Positions 25,984 to 34,200 of a stretch of DNA of 45,304 bases are shown here, in pieces. The position numbers and the translations under genes are program-made. Below the pieces are notes generated by a model that did no database searches, was not told the DNA's origin, and saw only the letters and a program-made list of their open reading frames with translations. Origin of the DNA: Puniceicoccaceae bacterium (GTDB lineage: Bacteria; Verrucomicrobiota; Verrucomicrobiia; Opitutales; Oceanipulchritudinaceae); the NCBI GenBank assembly GCA_040830765.1, contig JBFOMH010000036.1, forward strand, positions 1 to 45,304, in the 5' to 3' direction. Numbering within the stretch: the stretch's first letter is position 1; the number at the start of each line of letters is the position of its first letter.

Positions 25984-26489
25984 TGGCCGACGACAGCGAC
26001 ATCTCTTTCGAGACCCTGGTGGCGACCTATTACCAGCCCTTGTACAAGTTCGCCTACTCCCTGACCAAGTCCCCCGATGATGCCGGGGACCTGACCCAGC
26101 AGACCTTTCTCATCTGGGCCGAAAAGGGCCACACCCTGCGGGATCCCTCGAAAGCCAAGTCGTGGCTCTTTACTTCGCTTTACCGGGAATTCCTCCGGGT
26201 TCATCGCCGCAGCAAGACCGTAACGCCTGTGGATCAGGAAATTCTCGAGACGCGCCAGGATTCATCCCTCATTGAGGCTGCCCGCCAATTGGAGGGCAAT
26301 GAAGCCATCGAGGCCCTGCACGAATTGGACGAAGTTTACCGAGAGCCGCTGATTCTCTTCTACATGGAGAATCTCGCCTATAAGGAAATTGCCGAAATCC
26401 TTGATATTCCCATCGGTACGGTCATGTCCCGCCTGGCCCGGGGCAAGGGCCAGCTCAAAGACAAACTTTCCTCAAAAATCTTGAAATAA
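25983..26489 (+). CDS. ECF-family RNA polymerase sigma factor
   Basis: Region 2 'DAGDLTQQTFL..SWLF', region 4 'YKEIAEILDIPIGTVMSRLARG'; TGATG coupling to queA. Confidence 0.93.
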   Translation: MADDSDISFETLVATYYQPLYKFAYSLTKSPDDAGDLTQQTFLIWAEKGHTLRDPSKAKSWLFTSLYREFLRVHRRSKTVTPVDQEILETRQDSSLIEAARQLEGNEAIEALHELDEVYREPLILFYMENLAYKEIAEILDIPIGTVMSRLARGKGQLKDKLSSKILK

Positions 26490-26524
26490 ATCACTGCGCT
26501 CAATCCTCCCCACAGAAGCAAGCA

Positions 26525-27337
26525 ATGGAACGCCACCGCATAGTTGAAATCCTCGAAACCTACCGCCCGGGAGAAGGACTGGAGTCCGATCCCGAGGTCC
26601 GGCAGGCCCTCGAGTTGGCGGCCCAGGATCCGGAATTGAGCCAGTTGCGCCGCCAAATTGAGGAATTCGACACTATTTTTGCCGCGAAAGTTCAGGAAAT
26701 CGAGGCACCCGCGAGCCTTCAAGAGGCCATTCTCGCCGCCCATAAGCGTGACTTGAAGAACCAGGAACTCGCGGCACCTGTGGGTCAGGAGCGGAAAATC
26801 ATCCAATGGTTCTATCCGGCCAGTTTTGCTGCAGCGGCAGCCATCATTATCCTGCTCGCCCTGTCCTTTACCTACTGGAACCCACCTGCCCGCCCCGGGC
26901 AACCTGCACCCGCCTTAGCCGGTGTCGGCTCAGGCGTCCTGGAAACAGCCGAAAACCTATATGCTTCCCTGCGCCCCTCCTACCGTCCGGACCGGGGCGA
27001 GGATGTCATCGAATACCTCCGGTCACATGGCGGCGCGGTTCCGGTCAGCTTGCCGGGTGGAGTTGCATTTGACCAGTCCTTCGCCTGCGACGTTGTTGAG
27101 GTCAATGGCAACAAGGTATCGATCATTTGCTTCAAGGCACCCGACAACAGCCGCACCATGCATTTGTTCACCTTCAAGCGCTCGGCATTCCCCAACTGCA
27201 AGGTTCCGGCTAAGCCAGCCATCCAGGCACAAAGCAAGTCCTGCTGTGCCGCTTGGGAGGACCCGGAACAAGATCAGGTTCATGTCCTCTATTCTGACAA
27301 GGGGGAACAAAATCTGCGCCAGATACTGGATATCTAG
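26525..27337 (+). CDS. Putative single-pass transmembrane anti-sigma factor
   Basis: Directly after the ECF sigma; cytoplasmic N-domain, TM 'AAAAAIIILLALSF', Cys-containing periplasmic domain. Confidence 0.7.
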   Translation: MERHRIVEILETYRPGEGLESDPEVRQALELAAQDPELSQLRRQIEEFDTIFAAKVQEIEAPASLQEAILAAHKRDLKNQELAAPVGQERKIIQWFYPASFAAAAAIIILLALSFTYWNPPARPGQPAPALAGVGSGVLETAENLYASLRPSYRPDRGEDVIEYLRSHGGAVPVSLPGGVAFDQSFACDVVEVNGNKVSIICFKAPDNSRTMHLFTFKRSAFPNCKVPAKPAIQAQSKSCCAAWEDPEQDQVHVLYSDKGEQNLRQILDI

Positions 27338-27361
27338 GGAAATCGGTATAATTTACCCGCT

Positions 27362-27922
27362 ATGTTAAAGAAAATCTCTCTCATCTCGCTGATAATCGCC
27401 ATCGCCTTGCCCGCAGGGGCAGAGGTGCTCAAGTACACCATCGACCCGGTCCATTCCGGTATCAATTTCAAGGTACGGCACTTCCTGAACAAGATGCCGG
27501 GTTCCTTCACCTCCTTCAGTGGTGAAATCCATTATGACCCGGAAAATCCGGCCAACAACAAGGCCGTTGCCACCATCGAGGTTAAGAGCGTCGATACTCG
27601 CAATGATGATCGGGACGCCCACTTGCAGGCGGACGATTACTTTAATGCCGCGGCACATCCGACAATTGAGTTTGCCAGCACGGAATGGGTACCCACCGGC
27701 GAAAACACCTTTCTCGTAAAGGGTGTCCTCGAAATGATGGGGCAGTCCCTCCCTGTCGAAATGGAAGTGACTTACCTCGGGGAAATGGAAGCCCGTGGAA
27801 AAGTCCGCTCCGGATGGGAAGGCACGACGACCCTCGACCGTTCCCAGTGGGGCCAGACCAGCGGCCAGCCAGCGGTTGGACTTGAGGTCCAAGTCGAGCT
27901 GAACATCCAGGCCCACCGGTAA
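27362..27922 (+). CDS. YceI family periplasmic lipid/polyisoprenoid-binding protein
   Basis: Signal peptide; YTIDPVHS, SVDTRNDDRDAHL, LDRSQWG. Confidence 0.93.
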   Translation: MLKKISLISLIIAIALPAGAEVLKYTIDPVHSGINFKVRHFLNKMPGSFTSFSGEIHYDPENPANNKAVATIEVKSVDTRNDDRDAHLQADDYFNAAAHPTIEFASTEWVPTGENTFLVKGVLEMMGQSLPVEMEVTYLGEMEARGKVRSGWEGTTTLDRSQWGQTSGQPAVGLEVQVELNIQAHR

Positions 27923-27935
27923 AGCCGGGTAAACG

Positions 27936-28886
27936 TCAGAGGTCGAAGATATGCTTCCCCGGGGGAAGCAAGGGTAGCACCGCATCACTGATCGCGGTCA
28001 TTTCCTGAAGAACTGCTTCATCCACCGGTTGCTGGAAGGCAGCCGCATTCTCCAGCATCTGCTTTTGGTTGCGGGCACCCACAAGGACAGTATCGATTCC
28101 CGCTTGCCCGGCACACCACTGGAGTGCCAGATGTGACAGGGGTTGACCTACCGATTGGGCGATGGCCTTTAGCTTTTCCACTGCACTGTACACATGGGGC
28201 CAGACATCCGGATGAAAGTGAATGACCCGGTTGGCGCGGTGATCCCCCTTGGGGAAAACCGGACTCCTGGGAAACTTGCCCGCAAGAATTCCCTGTCCCA
28301 ATGAACTATAGCTGACCACCCGTATGCCTTTCTCAAGACAGAATGGTATCACGGATTCCTCAGCTTGCCGCCATAAGAGGTGATAGCCAATCTGCAGGTA
28401 ATCCACGGGGCCAACTTTCAAGGCCTCTTCCAATTGCCTGACGGAATAGTTACTGACACCAATCGAACCAATCAGGCCCTCCGCCTTGGCCTGGACCAGG
28501 GCTTCAACCTGATCAGCGATTTCCCATCCCTCGACCGGCCAATGGAGATAATAGAGGTCAATGAAGTCTGTCTGGAGCTTTTTCAGGCTCTGTTCCAGCT
28601 CAGCCCGGATAAAGCTACTGTCGCCCCGCGGATATACCTTGGAGGCAAGGAATACCTCTGAGCGCCTGCCTTTGAGGAACCTGCCCACCAGCTCCTCGGA
28701 AACACCATACATGCGGGCTGTGTCAAAGTGACAAACCCCGGTTTCCAGGGCCGTCGCCATGACCTCCATGGCATCTGCTTCCGACTGGCCACCCCATCCT
28801 TTTCCGCCCAGTGCCCAGCAACCAAGGCCGAGAGGATTATTGCCTGGATTTGGTTCCTGATCCTTCATGGCAAAGCGGGGCTTCAA
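27936..28886 (-). CDS. Aldo/keto reductase
   Basis: LGLGCW, FDTARMYG, IDLYYLHWP, IGVSNY. Confidence 0.93.
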   Translation of the reverse strand: MKPRFAMKDQEPNPGNNPLGLGCWALGGKGWGGQSEADAMEVMATALETGVCHFDTARMYGVSEELVGRFLKGRRSEVFLASKVYPRGDSSFIRAELEQSLKKLQTDFIDLYYLHWPVEGWEIADQVEALVQAKAEGLIGSIGVSNYSVRQLEEALKVGPVDYLQIGYHLLWRQAEESVIPFCLEKGIRVVSYSSLGQGILAGKFPRSPVFPKGDHRANRVIHFHPDVWPHVYSAVEKLKAIAQSVGQPLSHLALQWCAGQAGIDTVLVGARNQKQMLENAAAFQQPVDEAVLQEMTAISDAVLPLLPPGKHIFDL

Positions 28887-28891
28887 TCGAT

Positions 28892-29341
28892 TCAGTTTTC
28901 AGTAGAAACCGCCCTCTTCCCTTCCAAGGCACAAACCAAGGCATGCCAGGCCAGGGTGGCACACTTGATCCGCGCGGGAAACTTGCGCACACCAAGGAGG
29001 GCGGCGATTTCACCGTCTTCTTCCAGGACAAGTTCAGTCCCGCCAGGCTGAAATGCCCCGAGCACCTTGTCCGCGATTTGCCTGGCTTCTTCAACCGACT
29101 TGCCGTCAACAGCCTCACTCATCATGGAGGCGGAAGCCTTGGAAATGGCACAGCCCTGGCCTTCAAAACGGAGGGCGGCAATTCGTCCTTCCTCCAGTTG
29201 GAGGGCAATTTTCAATTCATCACCGCAAAGAGGATTCAGACCATCAGCCATATGGGTTGCCCCAGCAAGAGGACCAAAGTTGCGCGGGCGCTTGTTGTGC
29301 TCGAGGATAATCTCCTGGTAAAGCTCTTCTATCTCGGCCAT
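28892..29341 (-). CDS. SUF-system SufU/NifU-type Fe-S assembly protein
   Basis: LYQEIILEH, NPLCGD, GCAISKAS, PARIKCA. Confidence 0.93.
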   Translation of the reverse strand: MAEIEELYQEIILEHNKRPRNFGPLAGATHMADGLNPLCGDELKIALQLEEGRIAALRFEGQGCAISKASASMMSEAVDGKSVEEARQIADKVLGAFQPGGTELVLEEDGEIAALLGVRKFPARIKCATLAWHALVCALEGKRAVSTEN

Positions 29342-29347
29342 GGGATG

Positions 29348-29956
29348 TCACAGGATATGCGGTTGCTCAGGGTCCGCAGTAACCTTTATCAGGCGTGGCG
29401 CATCACTGTCGGCTTCGATAATGAACCACCGGACGGGGATAACTTTGCCTCCCGGCATCAAGACCATTCCCCCAATTTGAAGATTGCGGACATGCAGCCG
29501 AAGACCGCTGGCCGAGAATTTGCTCAGCACCAAGCCCACACGCTCCTCCCAGAATTCTGGGTCCCCGGAAACCCGCTTGAGCAAATCCTGATAGTCCTCC
29601 GCTGTCGGGTCCCCCACTTTAATTTTTCCCAGATCAAGGACCAGCCCGCTGATTTCCCCAGAATCCACTTCCAGACGCCCGGTAAAGGGGAGTTTCCACA
29701 AGGGACCGCTGATACGGGCATACTTGACTTCCACGCCAACAGATTCGTCGAGGACAAAGGCTTCCTCCACTTCAACAACCATCGGCCGGACATGGACCGA
29801 ACCGACCTGCCACTGGCGGGTCGAGTCCTCCTCCAGAACCTTTTCCACGGCAGACTTTTGCCAGGATGGAGTGACGAAAAACAGGATGATCAGGGTCAGG
29901 CCAACCGCGACAATAGCCATGGCCAGATTGAGCAGGAATTTGAACAGTTTCTTCAT
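29348..29956 (-). CDS. Hypothetical membrane-anchored protein (AsmA-N-like?)
   Basis: MKKLFKFLL followed by a TM helix; start moved to ATG 29956 because the longer ORF overlaps rplS. Confidence 0.65.
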   Translation of the reverse strand: MKKLFKFLLNLAMAIVAVGLTLIILFFVTPSWQKSAVEKVLEEDSTRQWQVGSVHVRPMVVEVEEAFVLDESVGVEVKYARISGPLWKLPFTGRLEVDSGEISGLVLDLGKIKVGDPTAEDYQDLLKRVSGDPEFWEERVGLVLSKFSASGLRLHVRNLQIGGMVLMPGGKVIPVRWFIIEADSDAPRLIKVTADPEQPHIL

Positions 29957-29990
29957 GTGAGCTCCCGATCCGGTTAGCCACTCGGACAAT

Positions 29991-30026
29991 AAAAAACCGG
30001 CAGCTGATTGAAACCAGCTACCGGTT
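29991..30026 (-). terminator. Intrinsic terminator after rplS
   Basis: Stem AACCGGCAGCTG/CAGCTACCGGTT with an adjacent A-run (U-tract on the minus strand). Confidence 0.75.
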
Positions 30027-30053
30027 AAAGTGTCAATCGTTGGCAGGAAGACC

Positions 30054-30422
30054 TTAGCGCTTCTGCGCTTCGAAAATACGCTTTTCCTTAACCTTGTTGG
30101 CGGCCTTGCCGATCCGTTCGCGCATGTAGTACATGCGGGCGCGCATGGTGACAGACTCGCGGTCCACTTCCACCTTCTCGATGGATGGGCTATGCACCGG
30201 GAAAACACGCTCCACACCTTCGCCAAAGGAAATACGGCGAACGGTGAAAGTCTCATGGATGCCACTTCCCTTGCGGGCAATGACGACCCCGGCAAAGACC
30301 TGGATACGCTCCTTGTTTCCTTCCTTGACCCGGGTGTGCACGCGCACCCCGTCGCCCACCTTGAAATGGTCGCGATCCGACTTCAATTGTTCCTGCGTGA
30401 TTTCGTTAATAACGGCATTCAT
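30054..30422 (-). CDS. rplS: 50S ribosomal protein L19
   Basis: [38 protein letters not shown]; start ATG 30422. Confidence 0.97.
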   Translation of the reverse strand: MNAVINEITQEQLKSDRDHFKVGDGVRVHTRVKEGNKERIQVFAGVVIARKGSGIHETFTVRRISFGEGVERVFPVHSPSIEKVEVDRESVTMRARMYYMRERIGKAANKVKEKRIFEAQKR

Positions 30423-30423
30423 T

Positions 30424-31104
30424 TTAAGTATCCTGGTTTGAAAGTAAATCTGGCCGGCGCTCCCTGGTTTTCTCGAGGGCCCGCTCCTCGCGCCACCGCT
30501 CGATCTCCCCGTGATTGCCTGATAAAAGCACCTCTGGAACCCGCATCCCTTCGAATTCGACGGGTCGCGTGTATTGAGGAAAACCGAGGACATTGCGGTG
30601 GAAACTATCTTGCGTCAAGGACTTTTCCGCACCCAAAACACCAGGAATTTGCCGGACCACGGCATCGACCATGACAGCCGCCGGCAGGGTCCCGTTGGTG
30701 AGTACATAGTCCCCGATACTGACCTCCCGGTCGATGCGGGAATCCCGCACCCGCTGGTCAATTCCCTCATAGTGCCCGCTGACCAGCAGAAGGTGCTTTT
30801 CCCGGGACAGCTCAACCGCCAATTCATGGCTGAAAGGCTCGCCGTCCGGGCTCAGGTAGATGGCTACGGATTCCTCGGTTTTCATCGAATCAATGGCCGC
30901 ACAGAGAGGTTCCGGCTTCAGGATCATGCCTGCCCCGCCACCAAAAGGACGATCATCGGTGATCTGCCATTTCCCCTCCCCCCAATCACGGAGATTGTGG
31001 GTTTCAACTTCGACGAGGCCATTCTCGCGGGCCCGGCCAATCATGCTCTCGGAGAGAAATCCTGACAGCATTCCCGGAAACAAAGTGAGGATATCGATGC
31101 GCAT
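30424..31104 (-). CDS. trmD: tRNA (guanine37-N1)-methyltransferase
   Basis: [41 protein letters not shown]; start ATG 31104. Confidence 0.98.
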   Translation of the reverse strand: MRIDILTLFPGMLSGFLSESMIGRARENGLVEVETHNLRDWGEGKWQITDDRPFGGGAGMILKPEPLCAAIDSMKTEESVAIYLSPDGEPFSHELAVELSREKHLLLVSGHYEGIDQRVRDSRIDREVSIGDYVLTNGTLPAAVMVDAVVRQIPGVLGAEKSLTQDSFHRNVLGFPQYTRPVEFEGMRVPEVLLSGNHGEIERWREERALEKTRERRPDLLSNQDT

Positions 31105-31132
31105 CTCCGGGAAATTCCATGTTAAAGTATAC

Positions 31133-31169
31133 AAAAAGGCCCGTCGTCACAATACGTGATGGACGGGCC
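31133..31169 (-). terminator. Intrinsic terminator-like hairpin between rpsP and trmD
   Basis: AAAAA-GGCCCGTC-GTCAC-AATAC-GTGAT-GGACGGGCC. Confidence 0.7.
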
Positions 31170-31184
31170 AGGGGGCAAAAAGAA

Positions 31185-31457
31185 TTATTCAGCGGCCGCT
31201 TCCGCCGGGGCGGAGCGTCGAGCCTTCTTGATCAGGGAACGGACCGTGTCACTCGGCTTGGCGCCAACGCCGAGCCAATAGTCGATGCGCTCCAGCTCGA
31301 GTTTGAGCTGCTTGCCTTCGTCCTTGTTCTTCGGGTCGTAGGTACCCACTTTTTCAACGAAACGGCCGTCCCGCGGGGAGCGGATGTCCGCCACCACGAC
31401 ACGATAGTAAGGTGCATGAGTCGCACCGCCGCGCTGCAATCTGATTTTAACTGCCAT
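31185..31457 (-). CDS. rpsP: 30S ribosomal protein S16
   Basis: [33 protein letters not shown]. Confidence 0.98.
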   Translation of the reverse strand: MAVKIRLQRGGATHAPYYRVVVADIRSPRDGRFVEKVGTYDPKNKDEGKQLKLELERIDYWLGVGAKPSDTVRSLIKKARRSAPAEAAAE

Positions 31458-31496
31458 GTGCCTGTATGTTTCCTCTCGAAATTAGAAAAAAGAGAG

Positions 31497-31525
31497 AACA
31501 AACGTTGCCGCCCTCTCCCTGTCAA
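31497..31525 (-). promoter_or_regulatory. Candidate sigma-70 promoter of rpsP
   Basis: TTGACA-N17-TTTGTT on the minus strand; the -10 is weak. Confidence 0.45.
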
Positions 31526-31608
31526 GCGTCTTTGTCAGGAAAGCAGGGAATCCGTGCCCGGGATGGCCGGATTCCGGGCCAATAGTCAAATTCAGGCGAT
31601 CTGGCAGC

Positions 31609-32034
31609 TTGTTGTACCGATCCTCTCCTCCAGACTGGTCCCAGATGCAAGATTCGCCGGATCAACTCACCTGGTATCTTTTTCGCACCCGGGTATCTTC
31701 TGTCCTTCGGTACATTGAGTCGAAGCAGGGCCGGCCGTTTCCGGCGGAGCCATCAGGCCGTGTGGAGGCCAACAAGTGGCACATTGCCCTGCGGAACGGC
31801 CTCCGCCGCAAGCTTCATCTCAATCTCGGGCTGACCGGGATTGAGGAGCCGGAAAATCCCATCGTGGAGAACGAGTGTGCCCTGCATGCGGCGTTGTTGC
31901 TCGGGCATGAGTGGATCGAGGTCATCCTCTCCGGGGAATGGGAGCGGGCTGTCCGGGAAGGACTGATCAGTCCGCAACAGCTACAGGCCCACGAAAAGGC
32001 CATGCGGATGGCGATCATCAGGGAAGTGGACTGA
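31609..32034 (+). CDS. Hypothetical protein (start may be ATG 31645)
   Basis: The only ORF filling the rpsP-kdsB gap; its stop abuts the kdsB stop; no recognisable motif. Confidence 0.6.
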   Translation: MLYRSSPPDWSQMQDSPDQLTWYLFRTRVSSVLRYIESKQGRPFPAEPSGRVEANKWHIALRNGLRRKLHLNLGLTGIEEPENPIVENECALHAALLLGHEWIEVILSGEWERAVREGLISPQQLQAHEKAMRMAIIREVD

Positions 32035-32766
32035 TCACAAGCTTCCGAGACTGGCCTCGAGTCGTTCCAAATCCTCCGGGACATCCACCCCAATAGTCCG
32101 GGTTTCGGTAATGCCGACCCCGATGCTTCCCCCGTTCTCGAGGATCCGCAACTGCTCAAGCCGCTCAACCTGCTCAAGGGAACCTGGCTCCCACTGCATG
32201 AACCGCTCGAGGACATCCTTGTGATAACCGTAAAGGCCGAGATGCCAGAAAGCCTTCGGTGGCAAACCGCCTTTGGAGTCCCGTTCATGGGGGATTGGGG
32301 CCCTGGAAAAATAGAGTGCCCGGCCGTTCTGGTTACAGACCACCTTGACCTTGTTGGGATCACGAAAATCCGCTTCGTCCTTAAATGGAGTAGCCAGCGT
32401 CCCCACATCGACACCGGTTTCCAGCACTTGCACCAACTGTTGGATGTGCTCCGTGGCTAGGACCGGTTCATCGGCCTGAACGTTGATCAGCCATGTGGCC
32501 CCGATTTGGCGGTTGGCCATGGCGATCCGGTCGGTCCCGCTGGGCAGGTCCGGATCGGTCAGGATGCAGGAATAACCGGACGCTTCCAGGACTGCCCGGA
32601 GCTTTTCCTCGGCCACGGCAAAGTAAACCGGGTATTCCGGGGCAATGCGGCGGACATTCTCTGCCGTGTGCAGGATAAGCGGCTTGCCGCAAACGGGCTG
32701 GAGGAGTTTCTCGGGGAACCGCTGGGAGGCCAACCGGGCGGGGATGACAATGGCACAATCCTTCAT
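32035..32766 (-). CDS. kdsB: 3-deoxy-manno-octulosonate cytidylyltransferase
   Basis: IVIPARLASQRFPEK, SGTDR, NVQADEP, ALYFSRAPIP, LEQLRILE; start ATG 32766. Confidence 0.96.
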   Translation of the reverse strand: MKDCAIVIPARLASQRFPEKLLQPVCGKPLILHTAENVRRIAPEYPVYFAVAEEKLRAVLEASGYSCILTDPDLPSGTDRIAMANRQIGATWLINVQADEPVLATEHIQQLVQVLETGVDVGTLATPFKDEADFRDPNKVKVVCNQNGRALYFSRAPIPHERDSKGGLPPKAFWHLGLYGYHKDVLERFMQWEPGSLEQVERLEQLRILENGGSIGVGITETRTIGVDVPEDLERLEASLGSL

Positions 32767-32800
32767 GCGTCCTTCATCTCTAGCTTTTGGCGCGGTGAGG

Positions 32801-33706
32801 TCAATCCGGCAAAAGGCCAGCCAGGTTGGCAACAGACACTGCAGCGCGTTCGCCGGCATCAAGGCCGCTATCCTGTAACTCATCAAGGAATCGCCTCCAG
32901 CCAGGTTGCTTGTCTTTACCAGGATAAATCAGCAAGGGGAAGTCCGAGCCAAATACCACCTTGTCCGGACCAACCAGATCGACGACACTTCGCCAGATGC
33001 GGGCATCATAGAGGAGCGGCCCGGCCGCTGAGTCGAACCACACATTGGCGAGCAGCTTCCGCACTTTGGCATTAAGGGCATAATATGGCAGCCCACCACC
33101 CCAGTGGGCACAGAGCCACTTTTGCTGAGGGTGCTTCCCGAATAGGTGCAGCAATTCGTTCAAGGGAGTATCCACCTTGCCGGGATAATCATGGCCGGCC
33201 TGCTCTGTGACATGCAGGCAAATGGGCCAGCCCGCACTGGTGGTCCATTCAATGATAGTGTCCCAGTGAGGATGAGCCCAGCCTTCACGGCATTGCACCT
33301 GTGGCAGGCATTCCCCCACCCCGACAGCACCCCAATCCCGGGCCGATTCCAGTTCCCGCACAGGTTCCTCCATGTCCGGGTGGATGCAGGCGCAGGCCAT
33401 GAAACGGTCGGGATAACGCTTCAGCCATTCGGCATGCCATTCATTCTGGAGATGGGCTGTTTGCGGATTCTCCCAGTACCAGGCCTGCAGCAGGACCTTT
33501 TCGATCCCATCCTCGTCCATCTGGCGGATAAAGTCATCCGGCCCGGCCCAGCCCTGCGGCCCGTTTGTCACCAATTCCAGCCAATGCTGTTCCCCCATCT
33601 CCCGGGCCCAACTTGAGGGATCGGCAATAACCTCCTCTGGATAGCAATGCACATGGGCATCCCACACTGAGGAGCGCTCTTGGCGGAACTGATTGTCCAT
33701 ATGCAT
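32801..33706 (-). CDS. Amidohydrolase family (Amidohydro_2) protein
   Basis: DAHVH, CLH, CAHWGGG, VFGSDFP. Confidence 0.88.
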   Translation of the reverse strand: MHMDNQFRQERSSVWDAHVHCYPEEVIADPSSWAREMGEQHWLELVTNGPQGWAGPDDFIRQMDEDGIEKVLLQAWYWENPQTAHLQNEWHAEWLKRYPDRFMACACIHPDMEEPVRELESARDWGAVGVGECLPQVQCREGWAHPHWDTIIEWTTSAGWPICLHVTEQAGHDYPGKVDTPLNELLHLFGKHPQQKWLCAHWGGGLPYYALNAKVRKLLANVWFDSAAGPLLYDARIWRSVVDLVGPDKVVFGSDFPLLIYPGKDKQPGWRRFLDELQDSGLDAGERAAVSVANLAGLLPD

Positions 33707-33762
33707 ACCTTCAACTTAAGGTGCCATGTTTCATCTGGAAAGCCGGGAATCCTGACAGGCAC

Positions 33763-33793
33763 AAAAAAAGGCCCCGACGCGAATCGGGACCTT
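33763..33793 (-). terminator. Intrinsic terminator after the Cys-rich peptide gene
   Basis: A7-GGCCCCGA-CGCGAA-TCGGGACC, an imperfect stem with a U-tract on the minus strand. Confidence 0.65.
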
Positions 33794-33816
33794 GGTGATA
33801 AAGGTTGAAATTGGAA

Positions 33817-34098
33817 TTAGGCGTTCTTGGCCGGGCAGCATGCCTTCTTTTCGGCAGCAGCGGCGGTTTCAGCCGGCTTTTCCTTCTTGGCACAACACTC
33901 CTTCTTGCACTCTTCAGCACAAGCCTTCTTTTCTTCACAGGCCTTCTTTTCCTTGCAGCACTTGCCTTCCGTGCTGCAGCACTCCTTCTTGGCGTGGTCA
34001 TGGGCTTCGTCGCCGGTTCCACAGGAACCACAGTGGGCAAAAGCGCTGGTAGCGAAGAAGAGGGAACTGATTGCGGTCAATAATAGGACTTTTTTCAT
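33817..34098 (-). CDS. Small secreted Cys/Lys/Glu-rich protein (metallothionein-like composition)
   Basis: Sec signal MKKVLLLTAISSLFFATSAFA; the mature part has 13 Cys; own terminator and AT-rich upstream region. Confidence 0.8.
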   Translation of the reverse strand: MKKVLLLTAISSLFFATSAFAHCGSCGTGDEAHDHAKKECCSTEGKCCKEKKACEEKKACAEECKKECCAKKEKPAETAAAAEKKACCPAKNA

Positions 34099-34149
34099 AG
34101 ATATGTGTGTTTAATGTTAACGTTAACGAATTTTGATTATAATCAGAGT

Positions 34150-34178
34150 TTAGACGAACCTGAACCGGGATTTATTCC
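34150..34178 (-). promoter_or_regulatory. Candidate ECF-sigma promoter
   Basis: Minus strand GGAATA-N16-CGTCTAA. Confidence 0.5.
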
Positions 34179-34200
34179 AGATTAGACAAAGATTTTAAAT

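Noticed and set aside
28811..29977. 388-aa plus-strand ORF
   Set aside because: Antisense shadow of three minus-strand genes; typical of GC-rich DNA and without motifs.
33710..33727. TGGCAC upstream of the amidohydrolase as a sigma-54 promoter
   Set aside because: No GC at the -12 position (TGGCAC-CTTAA-GTTG).
33711..34114. Alternative overlapping ORFs at the Cys-rich peptide locus
   Set aside because: Only 33817-34098 has a signal peptide, an ATG start and a matching terminator; the others are low-complexity shadows.
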